Shown: in pieces, positions 48,681 through 58,948 of the stretch
Position numbering within the stretch: position 1 is the stretch's first letter
How the letters are laid out: the number at the start of each line of letters is the position of its first letter
NCBI GenBank assembly: GCA_027063105.1
Contig: JAMOSL010000028.1
Location: 2,886-66,885, forward strand
Source of the DNA: Campylobacteraceae bacterium
Lineage (GTDB): Bacteria > Campylobacterota > Campylobacteria > Campylobacterales > Sulfurovaceae
Direction: 5' to 3'
DNA length: 64,000 nucleotides
The notes under the pieces: model-generated
The model's input: the letters and a program-made list of their open reading frames with translations, nothing else
The model's database searches: none
What the model was told of the DNA's origin: nothing
Made by a program: the position numbers and the translations under genes

Positions 48681-48705
48681 CATAGCATATTATATAAGAC
48701 AACTC

Positions 48706-50175
48706 TTATTCAGGAATTAAAGTCCATCCTGGTTTAAGTTTTGCTTTCCATATAAATAAATGGTGAAGAATATGCTTAACCCAGTGAGCAGCAAGTCCTA
48801 ATTCTCCAGTTGTACCATTAAGGTCTCTACCAACTCCTGGATATTTTTCAAAATCTGGAACGATTGGGAAAACAGTCATAGCAGCAGCAGTACCAGTAAA
48901 TAGACCTTTACCTGCAGATGCAACACAAGCAGCACCCATTTCTGACATACAAGCAGTATGTGTAGGTTCAGTAGATTTACCTTTTATCATATCAAGAATA
49001 CTTAAAGCAACTGCTTTACCCATCATCGCTGATGGCATACCAGTTCTTGGTGGTGTAGGGTTGATAGGAGTTCCATTTGGTGAACTCATTGGTTTAGAAA
49101 TTAAATGTGGAGGTGCGAAAGCAATTCCTACAGCAAATACATTTCCATAATCTGGGTTTTGAAGAGTTCGTGGCCAGTCAGAAGCTTTCCAATTTTCATA
49201 AGCACCAGCATTATAATTTGCATCAACTTTCATAAATCCATTAGGAGCAAATACTTTACTTGTAATATCACTTCCATCTTTAGCGATAGCTTTTAAGCCA
49301 ACACCTGCGAATGGTGGAATAAGCATAGCAAAATCAAATTCTTGTTCATCCATAGTTCCATCAAGAGACTCATAAGTTACCTTACCAGCTTCAACTTTAT
49401 TAACATGAGCACCAATAATCCAATCCATACCTCTTTCAGCATATAAAGATTCAGCAAATACTTTACTTGAAGTTGCAAATCCACCCATTTTAAAGTGAAG
49501 TCCACCCATACCAAAGTCACCAAGAAATGATTCATTTGTAATAAATGTAATATCTGCCATATCTCTAACACCCTCTGATTTGAGTTTATGTTCAATATTA
49601 AAGATATATTCAAATGCAGCACCTTGACAAGTACACATACCATGACCTGTACCAATTAGGAATGCTTGTCTTTCACCGTTTCTCATTTTTTCAATACAAG
49701 AATCTAATTCGTGACTTGCATGATCTGCATGGTCTGCTGTACATACGGATACTGTATGTTCTCCAAGGTTAGAACCTTCACCAAGACCTGGAGTTGCACC
49801 AAAGTTTAATTTTGGTCCAGTTGCATTAATAAGATAATCATAAGTTAGCTCTTCAGTTGTGCCACTTTTTTCTTCATCTGTATACTCAATAACAATATAT
49901 GGAGTATCCGAATCAGCTTTACCTTCTGGATGAATTCCTAGAGCTTTAGCTTGTCTATAATCAATACCTGCTTTTTTATATACAGGAGCTAGAGGAAATA
50001 CTACCTCTTCAGCTGACATCTCTCCAACACCTACCCAGATGTTTGATGGAATCCAGTTCCAGTTACTATTAGGTGTCACAACAACAACCTCATGTTTTTT
50101 ACCAAGCATATCTTTTATGAATGTAGCAGCTGTATGTCCTGAAACACCACCACCCATTATTACTACTCTTGCCAT
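48706..50175 (-). CDS. sqr: Sulfide:quinone oxidoreductase-type flavoprotein
   Basis: 489 aa with the N-terminal VVIMGGGVSGHTAA FAD fold. WIPSNIWVGVG and the overall layout resemble long SQR types. The subtype is not determined. Confidence 0.78.
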   Translation of the reverse strand: MARVVIMGGGVSGHTAATFIKDMLGKKHEVVVVTPNSNWNWIPSNIWVGVGEMSAEEVVFPLAPVYKKAGIDYRQAKALGIHPEGKADSDTPYIVIEYTDEEKSGTTEELTYDYLINATGPKLNFGATPGLGEGSNLGEHTVSVCTADHADHASHELDSCIEKMRNGERQAFLIGTGHGMCTCQGAAFEYIFNIEHKLKSEGVRDMADITFITNESFLGDFGMGGLHFKMGGFATSSKVFAESLYAERGMDWIIGAHVNKVEAGKVTYESLDGTMDEQEFDFAMLIPPFAGVGLKAIAKDGSDITSKVFAPNGFMKVDANYNAGAYENWKASDWPRTLQNPDYGNVFAVGIAFAPPHLISKPMSSPNGTPINPTPPRTGMPSAMMGKAVALSILDMIKGKSTEPTHTACMSEMGAACVASAGKGLFTGTAAAMTVFPIVPDFEKYPGVGRDLNGTTGELGLAAHWVKHILHHLFIWKAKLKPGWTLIPE

Positions 50176-50337
50176 GGCTATCCTTTCTTCAATAAAATTT
50201 ATCTATTTTGTATTCTAAGACAATTTACTTTAATAAGAAGTTAAATTTTATAATTCTTTTATAATGATTATCAGTTATTATATTAAGGATAAATAGTTAT
50301 TATAGTTATGAAATTATTTATATAGTAGGAGCTAACT

Positions 50338-51843
50338 TTGAAACTTTTAATATCTTTTTTAATACTTTTTGTAATATTAATTCAATCCTCAACTTTACAA
50401 CTTAGTATATCATCTTCACCATCAAGAGTAAATCCTCTGTTAGCAACAGACTCTGCTAGTTCGGAAATTGCAGATTGGATATTCAATGGATTAGTAAAAT
50501 TTGATAAAGATGGTAATATTATTGGAGATTTGGCAAAGAAATTTTACTTTGAAAATAATACAACTTTAGTTTTTGAACTTAGAAAAGGAATCAAATGGCA
50601 TGATGGAGAAATATTTGATGCTGAAGATATTCTTTATACTTTTAATCTTCTAAAGTCTCCAAAATTATTAACTCCTTACAAGGATAACTTCAAATATATT
50701 AAATCAGTTGAAATTATAAATTTATATAAAATAAAAGTAGTATATAAAGAGGCATATTTTAAAGCATTAAGTATATGGATGATGGGTATTTTACCAGAGC
50801 ATCTGTGGAAAAATGAAAATAATCCTATGACATCTAAACTTAATAAAATGCCTATAGGTACAGGTTCTTATATGCTAAAAAAGGCATTTAAAGTAAATGA
50901 AAAAATTATACTAGAAGCCAATCCAGATTATTTACCACATAAGCCAAATATAGATACTATCAAATATAATTATATAGGAGATACCTCAACTGAATTCATT
51001 ACATTAAAGGCAAAGAAATTAGATATAGGTTCATTAAATCCATTACAAATAAATAGACAACTTAATGATGATTTTAAAAGTTATTATAATATTATAGAAC
51101 AACCATCACAATCTTATACATATATGGGATTTAACTTAAGAAAAGAAAAGTTTAAAAATAAAAAAATTAGAGAAGCTCTAAATTATGCAATAGATAAACA
51201 AGAATTAATAGACCTATTATTTTTCTCCCATGGTAAAATATGCAATGGTCCATTTATGCCGAATAGTCCTGTTTATCCTAATAATTATAAACCAAAAGGG
51301 TATAATCCAGAAAAAGCAAAAGAGATATTAAGAGAGTTAGGATTTACAAAAGATAATCCATTTAAATTTGAACTTATTACAAATACAGGAAATGATATTA
51401 GAATTAATGCATCGCAGATAATACAATATCAACTAGCTAAAGTTGGAATAAAAATGTCTATCAGAACAATGGAGTGGCAATCTTTTTTGAATACCGTCGT
51501 AATGCCTCATCAATTTGAAGCAGTTTTAATGGGTTGGAGTTTATCATTAATTCCTGATGCTCATAGTATTTGGCATAGTGAGGGAGATAAACAGGGAGGA
51601 TTTAACTTTATAGGTTATCGCAATAAAATTGTAGATAATTTAATTATAAAATCTCAAAAGATAATAGATTCTATAAAATTTGCAAAAGAGTATCAGAAGA
51701 TATTTAAATTAATAGCTAATGATACACCTTATATTTTCTTATATATTCCGAATAGCATAACCGTAGTTAATAAGAAAATAAAAGGTATTAATCCATCAGT
51801 AATAGGAATTATGCATAATCAAATAGATTGGACTAAAGATTAG
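50338..51843 (+). CDS. ABC-transporter substrate-binding protein, family 5 (peptide/nickel type)
   Basis: 501 aa with a TTG start after AGGAG, a signal peptide and SBP_bac_5-like motifs (KWHDGE.FDAEDI; GTGSY). There is no adjacent permease or ATPase. Confidence 0.85.
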   Translation: MKLLISFLILFVILIQSSTLQLSISSSPSRVNPLLATDSASSEIADWIFNGLVKFDKDGNIIGDLAKKFYFENNTTLVFELRKGIKWHDGEIFDAEDILYTFNLLKSPKLLTPYKDNFKYIKSVEIINLYKIKVVYKEAYFKALSIWMMGILPEHLWKNENNPMTSKLNKMPIGTGSYMLKKAFKVNEKIILEANPDYLPHKPNIDTIKYNYIGDTSTEFITLKAKKLDIGSLNPLQINRQLNDDFKSYYNIIEQPSQSYTYMGFNLRKEKFKNKKIREALNYAIDKQELIDLLFFSHGKICNGPFMPNSPVYPNNYKPKGYNPEKAKEILRELGFTKDNPFKFELITNTGNDIRINASQIIQYQLAKVGIKMSIRTMEWQSFLNTVVMPHQFEAVLMGWSLSLIPDAHSIWHSEGDKQGGFNFIGYRNKIVDNLIIKSQKIIDSIKFAKEYQKIFKLIANDTPYIFLYIPNSITVVNKKIKGINPSVIGIMHNQIDWTKD

Positions 51844-52315
51844 CGTAATAAACACTTCCATCAGGATAAGTATTTACGGTAAGCTTAGAAAAATTTTCTA
51901 AATAATCCCAGAAATCTTTTATAAGAACTTCATCAATATTTTCTAATTCTTTTAATGCTTCTGCCATAGTTCCAAGCCACTCAACTCTTGATTTTTCATA
52001 AATAGAGAAATCATCATGCAGTCTAACCATAAATTCATTTAACTCCATGCCTTTAGTATCTTCATTATAAACTTTTGGTCCGCCACAAATTTCTATAAAG
52101 AATTTAGTATTTTTAATTTTAACTTGTTCAAATTCATCTTCATCTTGAGGAAAAAAGTGAGCTATATCACTATCATAAACTTTATCATAAAAGCTATACA
52201 TTAATTTTTGCATACCTTCATCTCCACCAACAGCATCATAAAAGTCTTTGATAGGGTTCTTAAACTCAACTTTCTTTCCCTTTTCAACAGGTGTAATTTT
52301 ATAATTCATACCCAA
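51833..52315 (-). CDS. Truncated-haemoglobin-like globin (group II/YjbI-like)
   Basis: 160 aa. FYDAVGGDEGMQKLMYSFYDKV...FF...ICGGP..Y...G...L..RLHDDF.I...RVEWLGTMAEAL matches the trHb pattern, including the proximal His. Confidence 0.65.
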   Translation of the reverse strand: MGMNYKITPVEKGKKVEFKNPIKDFYDAVGGDEGMQKLMYSFYDKVYDSDIAHFFPQDEDEFEQVKIKNTKFFIEICGGPKVYNEDTKGMELNEFMVRLHDDFSIYEKSRVEWLGTMAEALKELENIDEVLIKDFWDYLENFSKLTVNTYPDGSVYYANL

Positions 52316-52344
52316 TATCCTTTTTTAAGAGTATTTTATCATAA

Positions 52345-54048
52345 TTATCTACTATTAGAATAGTTTCCTATCCATTCTGCCTTACTTGACATTAATGTTT
52401 GACAACTTCCATATAACATTAAATCTTTAACATATAAACCTTTACTCTTTTCTATTATTCTTTCATTGAAATAATCCATCTTTTTTAGTATTTTTAACTT
52501 ATCACTTCTGCACTCTACACTACTTGAAAATGCTTTATTAGCAGAACTATATAATAAAATATTTGGTATATCATCCTTTCCTATCTCTTTAAAACAATCT
52601 CTCTTTCTCTTTTGTTTTCCATTATTTATAATATTTATATACTCCTCTACCATTTTTTCATCATCAGAAAAATACTGTATAACTTGCAAATCATCAAATA
52701 ATCTTAAATATGTACTAATAGATATATCTAGTGTAGCTTCATGTGCATAATGAGCAGAGTATAATCCTCTTCTTGCAAATTGATAAGAGAGATAATTATC
52801 TGGATATGAAGTTGTATAATCATATAATGCATCACACCATGGAGTATTATCTAATTTACTTGTAGCTATTGGATGAAGTGTTGATTTTAATTTCCCTCTG
52901 ACTGGATTTACACTAAGTGTTCTTATTTCATTTGGATAATCTGTAATTGAACCAACATTAACTTCAACTATACCTTTTGTGTTTGTATCTACAAATCCTA
53001 AATGTGTATGTCCTGATATATATCCTAAAGCATAAGAGTTATTTTTTATAAGATTTTTTATCCATATTTTCTCTTTTGAGTTAAATGCTTTAAGTGGATG
53101 ATGTCCGAATATCATAAATGGTTCTTTATTAATTTTAAATTTATCACTCCATTCTTCTATAATTTTTTGTTGGGGTTTTGTAACTTGACCTATTTCTCCA
53201 GGATTATAATGTCCAGCTATCTTAAAATGACCTAATACATTCAATGGTTTTTTAGTATATGATACTGTATCAATAACTATACCTCCTAAACCTTTTTTGT
53301 TAGAATTTTTTGATGGAATATTAACTCTTTGGGCTAAGAATGAGCTATATTCATCTCTTTCATTATTAAATCTTTTGACAAATATCTCTTGAATAAAGGC
53401 ACTCTTTCCCTTTTTTGTAAAATATCTATTAGTTGTATTTGGAATATATCCAATATCTACAAACTTTAGATACTTATTAATAAATTTACCTTTTGTAAAT
53501 CTTTTATTATCATCAGCATTCTTATTTGTTATAGGATATTTATCATCACATGCAATTGCCCAATCAATTTTATCATTATTATAGTTTCCATTGGTTACCC
53601 CATACCAATAAAAGTCATGATTCCCTAATGCCATTACAAACTTATTTTTATCTACATTTGCTAATGATTCTTCAAATATATCCCACTCATTGGAACATGC
53701 AATATTAAGTGTATCCCCTAAATGAATAACAAAGTTTTCTTTAGCATTGTATTTTTGCAGTGTCCAGTTAAATAGTTGAGGGGAAAATATATCAACCTGA
53801 GGTGGTCTTATCGAAACTTCAGCAAAACTATCTGCATAAAAATTTCTTAAAATAGTTGGGTCTGTATATATATTATTAAATTGATTATCTGCAATTAGAA
53901 TAACTCTATTCTGTAATGGCTCAACTTTGGCTTTATCAAAATATTTTTCATAAGCAACAACTCTCTTAGATAACTCTTCATTAATTCTATCTGCAGTTGT
54001 ACAACCTGTCATCAATATAAGTATAGAAATAAAAATAATTTTTTTCAT
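52345..54048 (-). CDS. Calcineurin-like metallophosphoesterase lipoprotein
   Basis: 567 aa with a lipobox (LMTGCTT) and the motifs HLGDTLN, LGNHDFYW, GHHP and SGHTH. Confidence 0.8.
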   Translation of the reverse strand: MKKIIFISILILMTGCTTADRINEELSKRVVAYEKYFDKAKVEPLQNRVILIADNQFNNIYTDPTILRNFYADSFAEVSIRPPQVDIFSPQLFNWTLQKYNAKENFVIHLGDTLNIACSNEWDIFEESLANVDKNKFVMALGNHDFYWYGVTNGNYNNDKIDWAIACDDKYPITNKNADDNKRFTKGKFINKYLKFVDIGYIPNTTNRYFTKKGKSAFIQEIFVKRFNNERDEYSSFLAQRVNIPSKNSNKKGLGGIVIDTVSYTKKPLNVLGHFKIAGHYNPGEIGQVTKPQQKIIEEWSDKFKINKEPFMIFGHHPLKAFNSKEKIWIKNLIKNNSYALGYISGHTHLGFVDTNTKGIVEVNVGSITDYPNEIRTLSVNPVRGKLKSTLHPIATSKLDNTPWCDALYDYTTSYPDNYLSYQFARRGLYSAHYAHEATLDISISTYLRLFDDLQVIQYFSDDEKMVEEYINIINNGKQKRKRDCFKEIGKDDIPNILLYSSANKAFSSSVECRSDKLKILKKMDYFNERIIEKSKGLYVKDLMLYGSCQTLMSSKAEWIGNYSNSR

Positions 54049-54054
54049 ATTTTA

Positions 54055-54882
54055 TTAACCTTTAATTTGTTCTTTTAAAACATCAATATTAACATCTAAA
54101 TCAAATTGACTATTCTCTTTAAGTCTTTTAAATTCGCTTTCAAATTTAACTTCAACATCTTCCATAAGTTCTAATAGCCTATTTCTCGTATCTTTACTAA
54201 TATCATTTTCATCTAAATTATTATATGATGAGGTAACATTTGCGATTCCATCAATATATACAATTAAAAATTTTCTAGCTTTTCTTACATCTTGAGGTTT
54301 TTCGGTTATTGCAACTAAAATAATATCAGCTCTCTCTAAAGCCTTATGAATTTTATTTTTTAAAAGAGTATCACTTATATTATCTATATCTTTTTTAATT
54401 TGAGATATTTTATCTTGAGCTTCTTGTAAAGTTTCTAAAACAATATCAGCTGATATATCTCCAAAATTATCTAATTTATCTTTTTGTGGATCAAATCCAT
54501 AATATAACCAATATCCAATAATTGCCACAATAGACATAATAATAGAGTCAAAAAGTCCTACTTTCCCTGCAATATAAGCAGAAAACATAGTAGAAATACC
54601 TAAAAGATAAGATGATATTTGTTTATAAGGAATTTTAGGTGCTTTCGTAAGTTTAGCTTTATTATAATCCATCTCTTGAGCAAATCCAATTTTGGATAAT
54701 ATAATAACTCCAAAGAATAATAAAAAAGCTATAATATTTAGTAAAAAAGCCATATAATTTGTTCCAAATAGTGCAATAATAACACTTAAAAAGAGAGGAA
54801 TCAAAAAGAGATATAATAAAAAGCCTTTTTTTATAATTGAGGCATCAGTTTTTTTAGGGTTATATCGTTTCGCTTTACTCAT
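54055..54882 (-). CDS. Membrane protein, XpaC-like (5-bromo-4-chloroindolyl phosphate hydrolysis family; tentative)
   Basis: 275 aa with four N-terminal TM helices and a coiled C-terminal domain carrying KPQDVRKARKFLIVYIDG. Confidence 0.45.
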   Translation of the reverse strand: MSKAKRYNPKKTDASIIKKGFLLYLFLIPLFLSVIIALFGTNYMAFLLNIIAFLLFFGVIILSKIGFAQEMDYNKAKLTKAPKIPYKQISSYLLGISTMFSAYIAGKVGLFDSIIMSIVAIIGYWLYYGFDPQKDKLDNFGDISADIVLETLQEAQDKISQIKKDIDNISDTLLKNKIHKALERADIILVAITEKPQDVRKARKFLIVYIDGIANVTSSYNNLDENDISKDTRNRLLELMEDVEVKFESEFKRLKENSQFDLDVNIDVLKEQIKG

Positions 54883-54983
54883 TATAAACCCTTAAATAGT
54901 TGTGTTAAAGGAGCTATTACTGAATAGCCAACACCAAAAAGCAAGAAGATAAATCCAAATATTTTTTTATATGCAGATGACAT
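54882..54983 (-). CDS. Candidate 33-aa single-helix peptide, translationally coupled to the XpaC-like gene
   Basis: MSSAYKKIFGFIFLLFGVGYSVIAPLTQLFKGL. Its TAA shares a TAATG overlap with the downstream ATG. The ribosome-binding site is weak (AAGG). Confidence 0.3.
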   Translation of the reverse strand: MSSAYKKIFGFIFLLFGVGYSVIAPLTQLFKGL

Positions 54984-55020
54984 TAAAAAACCTTTTTAAA
55001 TTATTATACCAATATATATT

Positions 55021-55149
55021 TTAATTAGGATTGATTTTATAAAAATCTTCCATTGATTTTTTTTGAACAGGTCTGTTACTAAAATAGTGATAATATTTTG
55101 CCAATTTAGGCTTTGCTTTTGCTAGAAGTGGATTATTTTGTTGATTCAT
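55021..55149 (-). CDS. Candidate 42-aa basic peptide
   Basis: MNQQNNPLLAKAKPKLAKYYHYFSNRPVQKKSMEDFYKINPN, with GGAGAAG about 12 nt upstream. It would be the first ORF of the minus-strand operon divergent from napA. Confidence 0.25.
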   Translation of the reverse strand: MNQQNNPLLAKAKPKLAKYYHYFSNRPVQKKSMEDFYKINPN

Positions 55150-55197
55150 CTTTTAACTTCTCCATTACCTTCACTATTGTAAATATTGCTTAAACTT

Positions 55198-55211
55198 TTG
55201 ATATATATCAA
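55198..55211. promoter_or_regulatory. Perfect Crp/Fnr-family operator (TTGAT-N4-ATCAA)
   Basis: TTGATatatATCAA lies 58 nt upstream of the napA ATG, in the divergent region shared with the globin-containing operon. Confidence 0.55.
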
Positions 55212-55213
55212 CT

Positions 55214-55242
55214 GTTGACAATCTTGATAATGGTATCCTAAT
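55214..55242 (+). promoter_or_regulatory. Candidate nap promoter (-35 TTGACA, 17-nt spacer, -10 CCTAAT)
   Basis: A consensus TTGACA at 55214-55219 lies 2 nt after the Fnr-type box. The -10 is only a 4/6 match, and the AGGAG ribosome-binding site is at 55259-55263. Confidence 0.35.
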
Positions 55243-55268
55243 GGTTATAAAAACTAAAAGGAGGATAT

Positions 55269-58121
55269 ATGTCAGTAAGTAGACGAGACTTTTTGAAAAG
55301 TTCAGCAGCAGTAGCAGCTGCAGGTGCAGTGGGGATTTCAGTTCCACAAGAGGCACAAGCAGAAGCAGCTAAGGCAGAATCAAATTGGAGATGGGACAAA
55401 GCAGCATGTCGTTTCTGTGGTACTGGTTGTGGTATTATGTTAGCAACAAAAGGTGGTAAAATTGTTGCAGTTAAAGGTGATCCAGCAGCACCAGTAAATA
55501 GAGGTTTAAATTGTATTAAAGGTTACTTTAATGCTAAAATCATGTATGGAGCAGATAGACTTAAAACTCCACTTCTTAGAATGAATGATAAAGGTGAATT
55601 TGACAAAAAAGGTAAATTCAAACCAGTATCTTGGAAAAGAGCATTTGATGAGATGGAATTTCATGCTAAAAAAGCACTTAAAGCTAGTGGTCCAGAGGGT
55701 GTAGCTGTATTTGCTTCAGGTCAATACACCGTTATGGAAGGATATGCTGCGCAAAAGATGATGAAGGGTGGTTTCCGTTCAAATGCTATTGATCCTAATG
55801 CAAGACATTGTATGGCATCTGCTGTTGTTGGTTTTTATCAAACATTTGGTATAGATGAGCCATCTGGTTGTTATGATGATATTGAAATTACAGATACTAT
55901 TGTAACTTGGGGTTCTAATATGGCAGAGATGCACCCAATTCTTTGGTCTCGTGTATCTGATAGAAAATTATCTAATCCTGATAAAGTTAAAATTGTAAAT
56001 ATTCAAACTTATACTCATAGAACTTGTGATATTGGTGATATTAATATCATATTCTCTCCAAATACTGACCTTGCTTTATGGAATTATATTGCAAGAGAGA
56101 TTGTATACAGAGATAAAAAAGGTGGAGGTAAAGAGGATATTATTGATTGGGATTTCATCAATGAAAATATTGTATTTACAGCAGGTCCTACTAATATTGG
56201 TTATGGTCTGAGAAGAGCAGGTGAAAAATCAATTACTCCTGTTAATCCTGATGGAAGTGCTGGAAAGTATACAGCTCTTGAGATGGAAATTATAAATAAA
56301 GAGATGGAGAAAAAAGTTTCTGCGAAGGAAGCACCTGCACTTGAACCATTTGGTTATAAAGAGGGTGATACAATGAAGCATACTGCTGGTACTCTTAAGC
56401 ACTGGCATATCTCTTTTGAAGATTATAAAAAATCTTTAGAACCATATACACTTGAATATACAGCTGAAATTTCTAAAGGTGATCCTAATGAATCAATGGA
56501 AAGCTTTAAAGAAAAACTTCAAGCACTAGCTGAACTTTATATTGAGAAAAATAGAAAAGTAGTTTCATTTTGGACAATGGGTATGAATCAACATACTAGA
56601 GGTACTTGGGTAAATACACTTAGCTATAATGTTCACTTTATGCTTAATAAACAAGCTCTTCCAGGAAATGGTGCATTCTCATTAACAGGTCAACCTTCAG
56701 CTTGTGGTACAGCTAGAGAAGTTGGAACATTCTGCCATAGATTACCTGCTGATATGATGGTTAAAAATCCTAAGCATAGAGCGATAACTGAAAAAACTTG
56801 GGGAATTCCAGCAGGAACACTTAATCCAGTTGGTAACCAACATATCATGAAAATTCATAGAGATATAGAAGATGGTATTGTTAAGTTTGCTTGGGTGAAT
56901 GTATGTAATGCATATCAAGATAGTGCATCTGCTTCTCATTGGATTAAAGCAGCAAGAGAAATGGATAACTTTATTGTAACTTCAGATGGTTATCCAGGTA
57001 TTTCGGCAAAAGTTTCTGACCTTGTTCTTCCATCAGCAATGATTTATGAAAAATGGGGTGCTTATGGAAATGCTGAAAGAAGAACACAACATTGGAGACA
57101 ACAAGTATTACCAGTAGGTGATGCAATGTCTGATACATGGCAGTGGATGGAATTTGCTAAAAGATTCACAGTTAAAGACCTTTGGGGTGGATATACTCTT
57201 AGAAATGGTAAAAAACTTGCAGATGTTAGAGCAGATGCTAAGAAATTTGATTATACAGATGATACAACTATGTATGATATTCTTTTTGCAAATAAAGGTA
57301 AAGAGTATAAACTTGATATGACTAAATTTCCTCAAGAAGGTTATGACAATTCTGAATGTATCGGAGATAGTCGTAATGTTAAAGGTGGAGATGGCGAAGT
57401 CTTTAAAGGTTATGGGTATATGGTTCATGAATATTTATTTGAAGAGTATGCGTCATTTGGTAGAGGACATGGACATGACCTTGCACCATTTGAAGTTTAT
57501 CATAAAGTTAGAGGACTTAAATGGCCTGTTATTGATGGTAAAGAGACACAGTGGAGATTTAATGTTAAATATGACCCTTATGCAGCAAAAGCAGTTAAAG
57601 ATAGTGGAAATAACTCTACTCATGCATTTTATGGTCCATTAGCTAAAAACTTATTACAAGGTAACCTTAGTGGTCCAGATAAGTCTAAAGGAAAAAAATC
57701 TCTTAAAAATAAAGCTAAGATATTTGCTAGACCATACATGGATCCACCAGAAATGCCAGATGAAAAATATGATACTTGGTTATGTACAGGTAGAGTTCTA
57801 GAGCATTGGCATTCAGGTACTATGACAATGAGAGTTCCAGAACTTTTCCGTGCTGTTCCAGAAGCATTATGTTATATGCACCCTAAAGATGCTAAAGCAA
57901 AAGGTCTTAAAAGAGGTGAACTTGCATGGGTAGAGTCAAGAAGAGGTAAAGTTAAAGCTAGAGTTGAGACAAGAGGAAGAAATAGACCACCACAAGGATT
58001 GGTATTTGTGCCTTGGTTTGATGAGAAGGTATTTATTAATAAAGTTTGTCTTGATGCAACTTGTCCTATGTCTAAACAGACTGATTATAAAAAGTGTGCA
58101 GTAAGCATTAAAAAAGTATAA
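55269..58121 (+). CDS. napA: Periplasmic nitrate reductase catalytic subunit
   Basis: 950 aa with a Tat signal ([17 protein letters not shown]), the N-terminal 4Fe-4S motif CRFCGTGCG and the molybdopterin domains. Confidence 0.97.
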   Translation: MSVSRRDFLKSSAAVAAAGAVGISVPQEAQAEAAKAESNWRWDKAACRFCGTGCGIMLATKGGKIVAVKGDPAAPVNRGLNCIKGYFNAKIMYGADRLKTPLLRMNDKGEFDKKGKFKPVSWKRAFDEMEFHAKKALKASGPEGVAVFASGQYTVMEGYAAQKMMKGGFRSNAIDPNARHCMASAVVGFYQTFGIDEPSGCYDDIEITDTIVTWGSNMAEMHPILWSRVSDRKLSNPDKVKIVNIQTYTHRTCDIGDINIIFSPNTDLALWNYIAREIVYRDKKGGGKEDIIDWDFINENIVFTAGPTNIGYGLRRAGEKSITPVNPDGSAGKYTALEMEIINKEMEKKVSAKEAPALEPFGYKEGDTMKHTAGTLKHWHISFEDYKKSLEPYTLEYTAEISKGDPNESMESFKEKLQALAELYIEKNRKVVSFWTMGMNQHTRGTWVNTLSYNVHFMLNKQALPGNGAFSLTGQPSACGTAREVGTFCHRLPADMMVKNPKHRAITEKTWGIPAGTLNPVGNQHIMKIHRDIEDGIVKFAWVNVCNAYQDSASASHWIKAAREMDNFIVTSDGYPGISAKVSDLVLPSAMIYEKWGAYGNAERRTQHWRQQVLPVGDAMSDTWQWMEFAKRFTVKDLWGGYTLRNGKKLADVRADAKKFDYTDDTTMYDILFANKGKEYKLDMTKFPQEGYDNSECIGDSRNVKGGDGEVFKGYGYMVHEYLFEEYASFGRGHGHDLAPFEVYHKVRGLKWPVIDGKETQWRFNVKYDPYAAKAVKDSGNNSTHAFYGPLAKNLLQGNLSGPDKSKGKKSLKNKAKIFARPYMDPPEMPDEKYDTWLCTGRVLEHWHSGTMTMRVPELFRAVPEALCYMHPKDAKAKGLKRGELAWVESRRGKVKARVETRGRNRPPQGLVFVPWFDEKVFINKVCLDATCPMSKQTDYKKCAVSIKKV

Positions 58122-58123
58122 AT

Positions 58124-58948
58124 ATGGCTGACTCTAACAACAATAGACGAAAGTTTATGGCAACGACTCTTCAAAGCGTAGGTCTTACGGCTCTTGGTGG
58201 ATTGTTGTGGAGTGGCTATAGTGATGAGGTTAAAGCATCGCCATTAGTTCTTAGACCACCAGCAGCAATTGAAGAAGAAGATTTTTTAAAAGCTTGTATA
58301 AAGTGTGGTTTATGTGCTGAAGCTTGTGTTAATCGTGATAGTAATAAGAATACTGATGGAAGTCAACGAGATGGAACGCTAATAATGGCAAAAGGTGGTG
58401 ACCATAAGATGATAGGAACACCATTTTTTATACCTACAGAGATACCATGTTATATGTGTGATGATATTCCTTGTGTACCTGTATGTCCATCTGGTGCTTT
58501 AGATATGAAAAGTGTTCTTAATAAAGAGAATGAACTTGATATTAATTTAGCAAGAATGGGGTTAGCAGTTGTACATAAAGAATCTTGTGTAGCATTTTGG
58601 GGAATTCAGTGTGATGCTTGTTATAGAGCTTGTCCTATTCAAGGAGAGGCTATCACTATTGAACATCAAAAAAATGATAGAACAGGTAAACATGCTTTTC
58701 TATTACCAATTGTTCATTCTGATATTTGTACTGGTTGTGGCTTATGTGAAAAGGCTTGTATTACAGAAGAACCAGCTATATTCGTATTGCCTGTAGAAGA
58801 GGCAACAGGAAGAGCAGGTAATCATTATGTTAAAGGTTGGGATATGAAAGACCAGCTTAGAGTTAAAGACGCAAAAGAGATACATACTGTAGATGAACGA
58901 AGTGACAAAAAAGCTAGTGATTATCTGAATATGGAGGTAGAATATTAA
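58124..58948 (+). CDS. napG: Periplasmic poly-ferredoxin NapG
   Basis: 274 aa with a Tat-like NNRRKFMATT and four Cys clusters (CIKCGLCAEAC; CYMCDDIPCVPVCP; CDACYRACP; CTGCGLCEKAC). Confidence 0.9.
   Translation: MADSNNNRRKFMATTLQSVGLTALGGLLWSGYSDEVKASPLVLRPPAAIEEEDFLKACIKCGLCAEACVNRDSNKNTDGSQRDGTLIMAKGGDHKMIGTPFFIPTEIPCYMCDDIPCVPVCPSGALDMKSVLNKENELDINLARMGLAVVHKESCVAFWGIQCDACYRACPIQGEAITIEHQKNDRTGKHAFLLPIVHSDICTGCGLCEKACITEEPAIFVLPVEEATGRAGNHYVKGWDMKDQLRVKDAKEIHTVDERSDKKASDYLNMEVEY

Noticed and set aside
55174-55356. 60-aa minus-strand ORF spanning the napA start.
   Set aside because: It overlaps the napA Tat-signal coding region and the promoter/Fnr-box region, is Leu-rich low complexity and has no ribosome-binding site.
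56026-57642. Several 61-106-aa ORFs on both strands (56026-56211, 56742-56939, 57108-57428, 57118-57321, 57343-57642).
   Set aside because: All lie inside napA. They are shadow frames.
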